Shown: piece by piece, positions 12,097-24,333 of the stretch | Layout of the letters: the number at the start of each line of letters is the position of its first letter | Position numbering within the stretch: position 1 is the stretch's first letter | Source of the DNA: Sarea resinae | Lineage: Eukaryota | Direction: 5' to 3' | Assembly: GCA_026026165.1 (NCBI GenBank) | Contig: JAPEUD010000044.1 | Coordinates: 124,001-188,000 of the forward strand | Length of the DNA stretch: 64,000 bases | Translations under genes and position numbers: made by a program | Notes under the pieces: generated by a model | The model's database searches: none | The model's input: the letters and a program-made list of their open reading frames with translations, nothing else | Told to the model about the DNA's origin: nothing

Positions 12097-15000
12097 TGTG
12101 GTGAGTTTGCAACGGATTGGATGGATAAATGGTCTTGGTCCTTGGTCGGTGGCAAGAATCGAGCGTGAAGACGGGAGTGCTGAGTGAGGTGGTGAGGTGG
12201 TGAGGTGCTGAAGTGCTGAGGGCTGATGGATGACGGACGCTCATGCGTATTATTATGTCGCCGTCAAGTGCTGTAGCATGGCGTAGTGATGGATGATGGA
12301 TGCGAGTGCGAGTGCGAGGCCAGTCCTCCGTAATAGTGCGCAGTCGGAAGTCGGTGCCGACTACGTCTACTACGTCGTGAAGATCTCCCTGGCTCCTCGT
12401 TACCCTCGTTTCCCTCTCGGACCTGGTCCTGCCCGGTCCTGCCTGGTCCTGATCTGGATCCTTGCCCTTTTCTCGACTGTCTACTGAAGCACCTTATCCA
12501 TCTACTACTGTATCGACAAACGACTGTAGGTAGGTACGAGGTAACCTTTTGGATGCCAGTCGATCCGAACTTCGAAGCCCCGCAGCGGCAGAATGCGATC
12601 CAATACCGAGTGTCCTTCGATCCTTCTCTCTGAGACGGCACAGAGAGCTAACGCAGCAGCGTCAGGTGAAAAGGTGATGTACGGGAAACAGGAGTGGCCA
12701 CACTCGACAGGTGAGGTGCGTGTAATAATTCCGGTGAGGGAAATGGCCCGCTCAAGTAGAAAATACCTCATACATCAGATGCCACACCGCGGGCGGCGAG
12801 CGTCATGATCAGCAGCAGCAGCATTAATAACGAGGCAAGTACCAAGTCAAGGTACCGATTGCGAGGAGAAGGGTGCCTTAGTAGTGAACAATGACGACCG
12901 TTAGCTATACTCTACTCGAGTAGGTGTGGAGGGGCCAAACGAAAGCAAAAGAGTCCGTGGATTGGATGTTTGTTTGCGGTCCGAGTTCAGAAGAGGGGTC
13001 GCCGCTAAAGATAGACACGGTAAGGCGTTTACTCGATGACGGCACAAACACAACAGATCGATGCGCGGTGCAGTGAACTCTTTGCCAGAATACTGCCTAT
13101 CCGTACCAAGCTTCTGGCCCTACTGCCTACTGGCAGTCGCAATATCAGGTCGTTGTCGATGTAGATATGGGCCGGGCTGGGACGAGAGTGGCATGTGAGA
13201 AGAGACATATTGACTATTGGAAGCCTGGGCCTTGACGGGCGGAAGCAACTCGAACTTCAAACCTATCTGCGATTCTGCCGTGCCTCATGGAAATTCAGGA
13301 GTACTTCCAGACCCGCCCGCGAGACGCCGGACGATGCACATATGACCTGGCTGGGGCTGGCCTGCCTGACGTCCCTGGCGTCACGCTCTCCTGGATCAAG
13401 AAAGAACGATAGCCTGTAGCCCGGAGCGAAAATACTGCAACCACATTGCAATACTATTATTATCCCCTTGAGGACTACGAATTCGTACCTACATATATGA
13501 ACGGATTGGCAGTCCCAAGCCCATGCCCAGGCCCATGCTCATGTTCATCGACGCTGACCTGCATGTAATCCGTCAACCAGGGTTCTGCGAAGGTGCGCTT
13601 TCCATGTACGGAGTACGCTCAAGCCTTTCGGATGGTGGGGGAAATGGCGGGGGAGGGATGGATGCGAGGACTCGATGCGATGCGAGTATGATGCGAGTAC
13701 AAGCATACAAGCACCGACTGAGAAGGTACATCCAGGGTCGAGCATCGATTCGCGAGCCCCTCGACCGCTCTCTGGCTTTCGCGCTTCCCATCCCATTCCA
13801 GCGTCGCGTCCGAGCCACTGCACATCACCGATCCAGTCAAGCGATCGAATCCAAATGTCTCCATGCGCCCCGAACGTTGGGGCCGGTCGCTGAACAAAGT
13901 CCACCTTGGTCCCATCACCGGAAGCTGAACTTGTAAAAACACGGTTCAATCAACCTCAGTGACGATGCATCTCTTCAGTCTACCTTGATATTTCCGATGC
14001 TGAAGCGGCTTACATGGATCGCCGCGCATACTGCGGGCTATACATATACCCGACATATGCCCTGCCCATCGATCCGTTGGCTTCACCATTTCGCGGTGCC
14101 TTTGGGCTTTCTAGGGACGGCACGGCGACTAAGAAAAGCATTTCGAGTACAACTGGGACAGGTACCTGCGGTCCGGAGCAGGTACTAGTAGGAAGTAGAC
14201 ACCGAAACCTTCAAGCTATCCCGCATCCGTGCGAAGGAACCGAGTGGGGAGTGGGGGGGGTTATTTGACGAATGTCGGGGTACGGTGTATTTGCTTATTC
14301 CGCGCCCGCAATTTGCGATTTGCGACGCAGGCGGACCCTCAACGATTATTACGTGCCGACGCTGGCGCCCCTCTGTACTCCGGAGTAAGTGCAAGACGGT
14401 CTGTGTCCCAGCCCCTGAAGAGAGCATACGTAGTAGATTTACCGCCGAAGCCCGCGACAAGCTCGCAGGGCAATTTTCTGCGCGCGCTCATGATGGTATC
14501 ATCTTCCGGATGACTGTTAATAGACCATCTGATCCATTTCATGAGGGTCGGTCAGAGCGCGCTCAAGCCATCAAAACAGAGTGGCCAACCTTGATCCCCT
14601 CCGACTCTCCAACCCTCCCACAGACGTGCATATGCACCCCACGTTCCCCAAGGGGCACCCCGAGGGGAATGCGAACAGGCCTGGCGAGCAACTCTCAAAT
14701 CGATGCAGCAGCTTTCGAAGACCCGTGGCCAACCATGGCGGCTGGGGCAGCGTGACCACTCCACGATCGTAGATGGATGAATAATGCACAATCCGAAGAA
14801 TGAGAAATGATCATTCATGAGTGGGATGCTTTCGAGTCATCGTAGCTTACTAGTATTAGATGGCAGGTTGCCCTGTGATGCAAGCAGCGAGCCTCGGGCT
14901 TGGCATGTTAACAGCCACGGGTGGCCAAGGAAATGATCGATTGACTTTTTTCTATCAGAACCGGAGTTCTCACTCAGTACGAGGTTGTTCGCACCGACTA

Positions 15001-17573
15001 TTCGTACATCCCAATGGAAATGATGTCCTCGCACAAAAGCAAGCTGTCATTCACGGATCCATACATCCCGTCAATCTGAGCCGGATCAGTCCTTACCCAG
15101 CTTAATCCGGAGATTCGCTTCCCATGAATGCGATATCAGGCTAGCGCGGTATCTGCGTAAGTCGCTTGCGGGTTCTTCCAGGCTCGAGTCATCAATGGAA
15201 AAGAACGAGCTCCCCGGACTGGTAGTAACTATCTCCAGGATTGGAACAATGAACCAGCTTTATTTACTTTCTGTTTTTCCTTGTCATATTATTGGGTTCT
15301 TGCTCAGACGTATTTTTCTCGTCTCAAGCCCATGAAACCTACAAAGCTCGATGTAATTGTCAGGCTGCACACATGATCGATGATTATGGCCTATAACCGT
15401 CAGTATCATCGTTGAGATCAATGAGTAGGATGGCTTGTGCCAGACAAGCGGTGAGATTGTGAGACATATCTTGCACTGTGTGAGCAAAATACCTTAATGT
15501 TGCCAAGGTCTATCAAAGGGAAGCAATGTCTTGTAAAAGCAGTGTTCAACAGCAGTCCAGCACAGGCGTTCTTGTGGAAGGTGAGGCGTTATGAATGAAG
15601 CCTTGCTGGTAGAAACAGATATTCAAACACGGGAATACTTGGACAGGTGTAAATAGATCTGCAAAATCATGAATCCTCATTCGCACTATCCGTGCACCAG
15701 ACATCAGGGAGACTGACCATCGCTCTGGGCTTTGGGGGCGATGGTCCATACAATCAACAGTCTTCTGTGCGGCTTGCATTTCCACCTCGGATTAGGCGTT
15801 CCCGGCCCTGTCGCCTAACGCGGGTTGCAGGAATGACCCCCATGCTAAACTTGACCTTGGTGTTAAACAGGTGTATAGCGCCTTGTTGACAGTTGTCTCC
15901 AGAAAGGAGCAGCACCCTCCTGCAATGGAAAGTAAAACGATGCTCACTTTGCACGGCCAGCCGGACGGGTCAAGGGGAGGCGTGTTCGATTGGCGGGTAA
16001 ATCTTTGGCGGGGCACCTCTTGACGATCCTGACATCCGCAAGACAGCCGCTGTCGGCCCTCTCCGACGAGCCTTTCTTTGCCGACCTGGTCGATCAGACA
16101 TCGAACGATTTCTTGCCTTATAATTGCAGAATCCAGAAAGCCAATCGACAGTTGCCGTAGACACGTTGTGTGCTCAGAGTTGTTAAATTGTGGAGCGAAA
16201 AAGCAATAATCCTTTTTGTGGAGCGCTTGGTTCCTGCACGACGGGTATCTCATTGCGGTAATTGTGGAAGCCGTCAGCAGCTAATCTGCCCTGATGGTTC
16301 TGCCATGTTGTGCAGCATCTGCAGTACCGGGATCATGGGACAAGGCTCAATCAGTGACAGTAAAATATTGTCGACATCATGAATGCTCTGCGGAACTCGC
16401 TGATGAACTAGCTGGTTCTTCTACTAATGATTGTATGTGCTCATGATCGTAAGGTATGCAGACGGTCCTGCGAGGCTATGAGGATAGAGAGTCAGAAGGA
16501 GGAATCCAAAGGGACGGCGTAATCAAAGGCGAGTGAGTTGACGAGAGTGTTCTAGCAATACGATGACGATCCTATATAACATGGGTAAGGTGGTTCGGCA
16601 GAAGAGAGAGGCTCGAGGTGCTGTGCGATCCAAAGATGGCGCCGTATTGTAACTGTGTCCTTAAGAGGTGAATTTCGTATCGTCAACCATTTGTATCGCT
16701 GGTGACCTAGCTAGCTGTGAAATCGAAAAGGTCAAATCATCCTTGGTTGGAATCTCTAGGAGATCCTGAGAACAAATTTTTCTCTCCATGGCGCATTTGT
16801 CTTGTCTACATAGAACTCTTATTATCAAGGCACAGTTTTGCAAGCGGTGGTTGTAGGCAGGAAGGCGAACTTCGGTTCTACGTCTAGTCTTCGAATGCCG
16901 TCACTATGCGACGAGTCATGGCCTATAGAGGCGGCAGGCGTGCTTGTATGGGACAGGACTGGCTTGAGGTGTTTTTTGAAAGTGCTGATTAAGCTAAGCT
17001 AGTCCGCGCTGAGATCCAAGCCGTCTCATAAGCCGAGATACTATTAAACTACTCTGCAAATGATACAGATGATAGTGGTGATGATGGTATTGGTGGTGGC
17101 GAAGTTGAGGGCCTAGATGAGTTCAAGTGGCTGGGGAGAATTGCGGAATGGTAGTTCAAATTAGGGCGTGGGAAATCGATAACGTGAGGATCGAGAGAAC
17201 TAAGATGGGTGATGTATGATGTGCTGTGCTTGTTGTTTGATGTGCTGGATCGAAGATACGATGCCGACGGCTAATACGTTGCCTTTGAGAGAGAAGAGGG
17301 AAGAGGGATGTAGGGGATAAGATGGAAAGGGATAGAGAGACGACAGACTAGAAAGAAAGAGAAAAGCGAACGCCAATATGATGCTTATACACGGACAAAA
17401 GAACAAGAAAGATAACGAGATATGGAAATATGAGGAACAATTCGACTGAAAGGAAGAGGTAATGATTATCATGTATGCATGAATCTGACCTTGACATTGT
17501 TGATACTAGTTCGCTTATTCGACCTTGCTTCCTGAGCACCCTTGATATTCCATTCTCCTGTCCTGAGACAGAC

Positions 17574-20151
17574 CTATAACCCTATTGTACTATCAGGGAA
17601 AGCAGCAGGAGCAGCAACAGGAGCGACGGCATGCGTAGCAGCGGCATCCACACCGTTCGGTGCCGTCCCAGCATCAGTGCCGTCGACGGTAGAGACAGGA
17701 GCAGCGACAGCAGGGGGACCGGAATCATCTCCGGGTGTCGAGGTGGCATTTGTAAGAGTCATGTCTGGAACTCGTTGCGAGGGTTGAAGCATAGGCTGAG
17801 CCGGTGCCACTTGCGTCTGGGGAGCAGCTGACATTACAGTGCCGCCCCCCTGTAGTCCCGAAGGAGAAGGTGATGAAACTCCACTAGAGCCCGCTCCAGC
17901 ACCAGTACCAGCCCCAGCACTGAGATTCACAGGCGTAGCGGCACGAGCAAGGCTACTCCTTTTCGCTTTGCGAGAGGTAGACGGAGATTGCGATTTCGAT
18001 CTTGCGGCATCGGCAGCAGCGGCTTCTGAAAAGTCTTTCCATTTGCGCCAGCCATCAAAGTCAATTAAAGCTTGCATGCAGCCCCATTCCATGACTTTGC
18101 GCTCAAGCCAGACAAAGTTCACAGGCTATTCGCAAAAAAAAAACTTAGCGGTTGTCCCATTTCTTGGTAGCTCCGGTGAAGGAGCAGGAGATGTGATAGC
18201 GGAAGTCATGCCATACCTTGGTCAGAAAGTCGTTGCAGCCAGCGGCTAACGCCTCGTGCCTATCGCTCTGCAAGCTCGACGCCGTGAGCGCGACGATAAT
18301 GACGGGAGATTTGAAGAGTACTGTATTTGTTAATCGATCGTCGCCATTGGGTGCGTCCCCGGGAAGGTTTTCAGGAGCGCTACTGGAGGCACTCGACGAG
18401 AAGACACCAATATTATTCAGACGCTCCAGCCGTCGAATCTCCCGCGTGGCTTCAAGACCATTCATGACTGGCAATTGAATATCCATGAGCACCAAATGAA
18501 AACCGCCAGTACGCCACTTATTGACTGCTTCGCGGCCGTTCATAGCAGTTTGCCACCGGACCTTTAGACGCTTCATAAAGACTTCTAGGATTTTCAGGTT
18601 GATGATGTTGTCTTCAACGATGAGTACGTTGATTGGTGGGACAGCGCCGTCGAGGAGACCAGCGGGAAGGGTAGGATGTTCGGAGCCTTTTCTGGACTTT
18701 TTGCTCTTAGCTGGCGGACGTGGAGAGGCGACACGCTGTGGCGGTGGGGTCGCTAGCCGGTGAGGGGCCTCCGGAACGGGAGGGGAAGGCAAGGGAGGGG
18801 CTGCGGGTGCGCCCTGAGTGCTCTCTGAGGCTAAGGAATTGACTCTCGAGCGAGACTGGCGCGGGTGTGGCGTGGTACCATTGGTTACAGCAGCTGGAGA
18901 AGCAGAACTTATGATGGTAGGAGAGGCTGTGTGTTGTCGGCCATATCCTGGCCTCGGAACCCGATGCCGAGGGCCTGGCCGTGAGCCCGGAGAAGGGAGT
19001 AGAGGGACCTGGCCGGTATTAAGCACGGAGATCGAGTGCACGGCAGGGTGGTGGGAGCCGGCTGCGTTGTTCACGCTTGAGACCGTTAGAGGTGGGGGCA
19101 GATGCGGAGAAGGAATAGCGGCCGTGGCAGGCATAGGGGGGAAATACTCCGTGCCTGCCTCGGGGGGCCGTAAATCTTCGGAGTAGTACGGCATGGGATG
19201 GTTTGCGCGCGGCGATGGCCTTGGAGTCCGCCGTTGGGGTACATCAATGATGAGGGCCTCATCCACCGTCTGGCCGCCTGGATAGTACGAGTCAAGCGTC
19301 CTAGCAATTGCTTCTTCAGGACCTAGTACCCTCTCACCCTCTTGCGGGTTGTGCTGCGTCCCTTCCCGTGGACATATCCGGAGTGTAACGTCTGGAGAAT
19401 CAAAGCTTCTTCCTAGAGAGTTTCCGTATTTTCTCAGCACCATATCTCTCACATCATCAACCAGATCCTCCTCGTGAATTGTTACCATGGTGGCAGATGC
19501 CCCCGGCCGCTTGACCCATATCTTCCTGCTGACCATACTTAAGGCCAAATTGGGAGCACTTTGAAAATTATCCCAGGTGCTGCTCGTCGTCGGACGATCC
19601 TTCTGAGGGCTTGAGTTGAGAAGAGCTTCGACTAGTCTTGTCTGTGTATGAGGCACCAGGGACTGCTGTCTGACAGTTCCTTCCCTCGGACGCTTCGGTG
19701 CGGACGGATCCTGAGGAGGTGTTGAGTCGGGTACAACAGCTTCAGATTTCGAGCTTGCCTCTGCGGCTTGCCCAGTGCTCTCCGTAGAAGCTCCTTGATT
19801 CGTAAGCTCGCGGCTGGCCTGCGGCAAAGGTTCGTTGGTCGGTCGAGCCGCACTCTGTGTTGGCGTAGCCGGCCGTTGCGTATGTTGTGAGCTTAACGTC
19901 TCGGTGCGGCCCTTGCTAGCTTCAACGTGGGCGCCTTCTTTCCTCGAATTGCGTGTAGCTTGACCATCGGCCTCCCCGTCGACTGCTCTTGACCGACTGA
20001 AAGGCGAGGGGTGAGCGGGCTCGTGCGAGTGCGAAGCGCCGAATCGCAGATCGCGAGCGGATGAGGATGCTGAAGATGTGGTGGAGATGACGGAGGGGCG
20101 TCGGAGGATTTTAGCACGCACGCTGCTCAATCGTGTCTTCAAGTCACCCAT
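17574..20151 (-). CDS. SSK1: Ssk1-type response regulator of the HOG pathway; one intron at 18126-18216
   Basis: RKIWVKRPGASAT...DLVDDVRDMVLRKY N-terminal block; receiver domain INVLIVEDN, LVLMDIQLPVMNG, FLTK/PVNFVWLERKVMEWGCMQALIDFDGWRKWK. Confidence 0.95.
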
Positions 20152-20905
20152 CCCCTCCGGGCATCGACTGTATTCTGGACGACGCACAAGGCTCAGCTGG
20201 ACCGTTTTGCCCGATATCTGCCCAGATATGATGGAGAGGTGATATCGAATGTCACCTGGGCCTGCTGGGCCTGATGGGCGTGATCGACTTGTATTATTGG
20301 CAGCCGGCAGGGGGCGAGCACACGGCCGCGCGATCGTGCTGGTCTTGCTTGCTGCTCTCGGGAATTCCCTTAGCGTTCGTAGAGAGTGAGCGCAGTGCGG
20401 CACAGTGAGGTATACAGCAAGAGCCGCCAATGCTCTACGAGGGCAATTCTTTTCGATGGCGCTTGGAGTAATATCGTGGCGATGGAATAGAGCATGAGTG
20501 CACGGAGTAAATGATTCACTTCTACAGATCAATGGACGCCCTTTCCCCAGGGTTTGGGCTCGAACACAGACGACAAAGATGATCTCGCCGCCCGCACTGC
20601 TTACCTTCTACATGGGGACAGAACTAGCATCGACTAGGATCGACTCAAACGATGGACTAGGATTGGAACGCGACTTTGGTGGCCGCAATTCGAAATCGAA
20701 AACAGGGAATTGAGACTGTCAGACTTCTCTTGTATACCGTATGCAGCATCCAGAAACGCGTGTCGGGAGCCGTCCCAAGAATCTAACGGGCAACACATTT
20801 TATGGCGCCCTGGCGTATAATCCTATCAAATCTACTGTATCGGAGTAGCTGCGAGTTCTACAGTCGTCTCGATTCTCGATCCCAGATTCCACCAACGCCA
20901 ACACC

Positions 20906-22946
20906 TCACCAATTCTCCCACACTGGCGCCGGAATGACCTGCCTCATGAGCTCCCAATGCCCTGACGCGCTCTTAGTCTGCCATTTCTTCAGTGTCTCTG
21001 TAGTCCCTTTCCACAGCAAATCACCATCTCTCTCTACAAACTGTGCCCTATCAACCTCGAATCGAGGAAGTAGATAGTGCCGCCTAGCATAGCTGCCTAA
21101 GAAGTCATCCTCATTGGGGCTCCGGAATCCGAACGAGGAAGCGGAGCCGTCTTTGATGCAGAATATGACGACGTTGGTGAAATCAGACTTGCTTTCTTCG
21201 GCACTCGCAGGAGGAGCTTCATGCTCGCGAAAGAGACGGCAAAAGGGAAAGACATGGTTAATTGTGTTGATGACGAGACGCGCTGAGGGAAGAAGGATGT
21301 CGCCTGCATAATTCTATTCCGGTAGTCAGTGACAGAAGGCAAGGCATATGGAACAGTAGTATCGGGAAGCCGGATGAAAGCCGTGGCAGTCAATGGCTAC
21401 CAAATTCAAGATCTTTAGCTTCCCAAGACGCGCCCTTGACCTCGAGGCCTCAAGTTACAACGGAACACCACAAAAACCAGAAGACATCCCCAAACACAAT
21501 CTCGTCGGTGCTATGAAACAAGTCTCATACTTACAATAGCAATCACGCCATTTGGCTTCAACAGATCACGCAAGCCAGACAGAAACTCGGGCGTAAAAAG
21601 TTCGATCGGTTCAGCACCTCCGGTAAACACATCATGAATAATATAATCATAGTCCCTCCCACTTTTGACATTGTTTTTCCGAGCTCTGTCCACATATGCA
21701 GTGGCATCTTCTATAACAGGAATATGATTCGGCGGCAACTCAAAATACTTGGTGGCAAATTCGTACACCACTGGGTCAATCTCAACAATCGTAGTATTGA
21801 TTCCGTGTGCAATAAGCGCTGCTGGAGTAGTGCCGATACCCAGGCCACTGCTTGAATCAGTATAGGTGGTATGAGATGTCCAGCATAGTCTTACACGACC
21901 AGTGCGCTCTTCTCAATATCGGGGACAGATGCCCGACCGACCGATCCCATCTCATCAGCCGAATCCCACGTCTGTCCGACCCACTCCAATTCTACTAGAC
22001 GGACTGCTTCGAGCATAGCGAATACTGCAAAGACCGGTTCTCTAACCTTACTTGTGTGCTCGTGGCCCTGTGGTGGCTGCAGCCATTCTCCGCCTAAGAG
22101 GCTATGGTCACAGCGTAGAAGGCGGAAATGGTTTTCTTCGCTTTCCAGGACTGAGATATATCCGGTGATGGACTCTTGACGCGCAAGCACAGTATAGCCG
22201 TGCGACTGGAGGACGTTGTTCAGAGCGATGCTCGTCAAAGGAGTTGACAAGTGAACGTTATAGGAAATGATGTGTAACGCTGATGGTACGATGAACAATA
22301 GGAGTTTTGAAGGCCAAAGAAGAGAAAGGATAGTTGCCAGGGAGATTTGAAGCCCAACACGAGTGAAAACCACACTTGATCCAATCCGCGAAAAGATGAG
22401 ATCCAGCGGTTTGAACTCTCTGGGGCTAAGGGCGAGAAATGAAGCACCGGAAACCATCAAGAGAGACATCAAGCTTAGGTTCCGGAATCGCCGTGTCTGC
22501 AATCCCTCAAAAATGCTTGGAACAGAGACAATTGAAAGAAAAAGAAGAGGGTAGGATGTGCACGCTTCCGTGACTACAGGGCCTAAACTGGGACCTAGAG
22601 CCGTGCTTGATTTGAAGAGGAAGAATTGCAAAGTCGGGATCCAAAAAGCAAGGACGGGTAAAAAATACTGAGGGTGATATTGGGATGGTTGTGTCATGAA
22701 ACTCGCTACAATCCAAGCCATAATCGTAGTGATTGCGATGCCACGCGAATGACCATCAGAAGAAGGAATAGAGCCATAGACGGGAGCTAAACAAAGCTGC
22801 GAGGCATGAGAGTAGAGAGCCGACAACAATAAAGTCATGAACGCTCGTAGGAAAGTTAAGATTGTGCTGGTAGCGACTCGAGAGCTGGGGCTCCACGACT
22901 GATGGGGAGGCATACTCTCTCTACCTTTGTTTGATTTCGAGGGCAT
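20906..22946 (-). CDS. Multi-pass membrane protein with C-terminal spermidine-synthase-like SAM-binding domain (3 exons)
   Basis: Hydrophobic N-terminal half; RLLRCDHSLLGGEW; spliced VVGLGIGTTP, IVEIDPVV, YIIHDVFTGG, GVIAI/NYAGD; ends HWELMRQVIPAPVWENW*. Confidence 0.88.
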
Positions 22947-23572
22947 GGCGCCGGCTTTGGAGCTTTTGTGCTGTGTTCGAGCCTCCAAAGATTGAATTGA
23001 ATGCTTAAGAACGGTCGAAAGATCAACGACGACGACTGATGGTCCGCTCTAGCTTTCTCAGTCTATCAATAAAGGCAAGATAAATCAGACTTATAGGGTG
23101 TTGGAATACACAATGACAGTGGGAGCAGTGGGCATCTTTCAGTCACTTGACCGCCTGAAGTTGAACATTTATTTTCCGGCCACGAGGCACTAAACATTGA
23201 AAGAAGTTCACATCAATTTGGTGTTCACCGCCCGGCGCCTCCCATTCCCGCCTAAGGTATTGTATCAGTATCCGTCAGGGCGCAACCTGCCCGAAGGGGC
23301 ACCGGCACGGAAGCTAAAGTCGAACGGAGCAACAGTTTTTCCGTGCTGGCCTTGGGCGTGCGTCCATTTCGTCAGTGGTGCTCATCATGAATGGATGATC
23401 TCCACTTCTAGGCAATCTCTCATCGATCCAAACATCTTTTTACTACTAGCTACCTAGATTAGCATTTACAAAGCCATGCGCATCTTCGCTCTCGCAACAT
23501 TCAATTCACAGCTGTGAATGCCAAGGCAATCTGTTTCCATCCATTCCTTCAATGTAGAACGCACGCTCCGCG

Positions 23573-24333
23573 ATGCCTCATTTCCCTCGCGACATGCATC
23601 CGGTAGATGCCGGTAGCTCGCGACCCTGCGAGTCAGTAGGAGCAGTTCAGGACACCATCACCACCGAAGAAGCAGAGCGCAGAGCGCGCATCCGAGTCAA
23701 GAACAGACGAAAGCACTACCTAGACACGCATCCAGAGTACTTCTCCGCGTCTCTCGAGCTCGCAGGTCCGCAATGCCAGATTGAAAGCCTCATACCATTC
23801 CGTGTCTGGAGCACAGTTGGACAGATTACCTTTTCTAACCACAGCCTAGGGCAGCAGATCCTCTCCTCTATGACCGTCTGATCCGTCGGTATCAGAGTCC
23901 CTCCGAGCGGGAGGCGGAAGGACGTGCGAAAGGCTATTCGGGTGTTCTCGAGGCGGATCTTATGCGCTCTGAGGCTAAGCTCGCGGCGTTGGCGCACCCG
24001 AGCTCGTCGGCTGTTACTTACAGACGAGGACCGCATGGAGAGATCCTCGCTGAAGACAGGGACGAGATGCCGGCGAATAAGGAGGAGGGACTCAAGAGGT
24101 GGCGGAGAGAAATGGAGATGAGATTTTTGAGGGGAGAGGATCTGGATTTCGAGTACGAAGATGTGGACCAGAATGAGGAGTATGATGATCGGGCGGAGGA
24201 GCAGCGGGAAGAGGAAGACAGATATTTCGGTGAGGAAGAGCCCCGGTGGATATTAGGTGATGATGAAAGTGGAGGAGATCATGGAAGTAGTGAGAGGCAG
24301 ATCACTGGGGAGACTGGAATTCAAGACTTCTGA
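23573..24333 (+). CDS. CCDC97-like (DUF2052) coiled-coil protein; one intron at about 23766-23857
   Basis: RVKNRRKHYL, DPLLYDRLIRRYQ, RFLRGEDLDFEYEDVDQNEEYDD and EEEDRYF motifs. Confidence 0.85.

Noticed and set aside
12300..17500. Many 60-160 aa ORFs in the long intergenic region; possible transposon relic
   Set aside because: No transposase, RT or integrase motifs, no terminal repeats and no obvious RIP-like AT enrichment.
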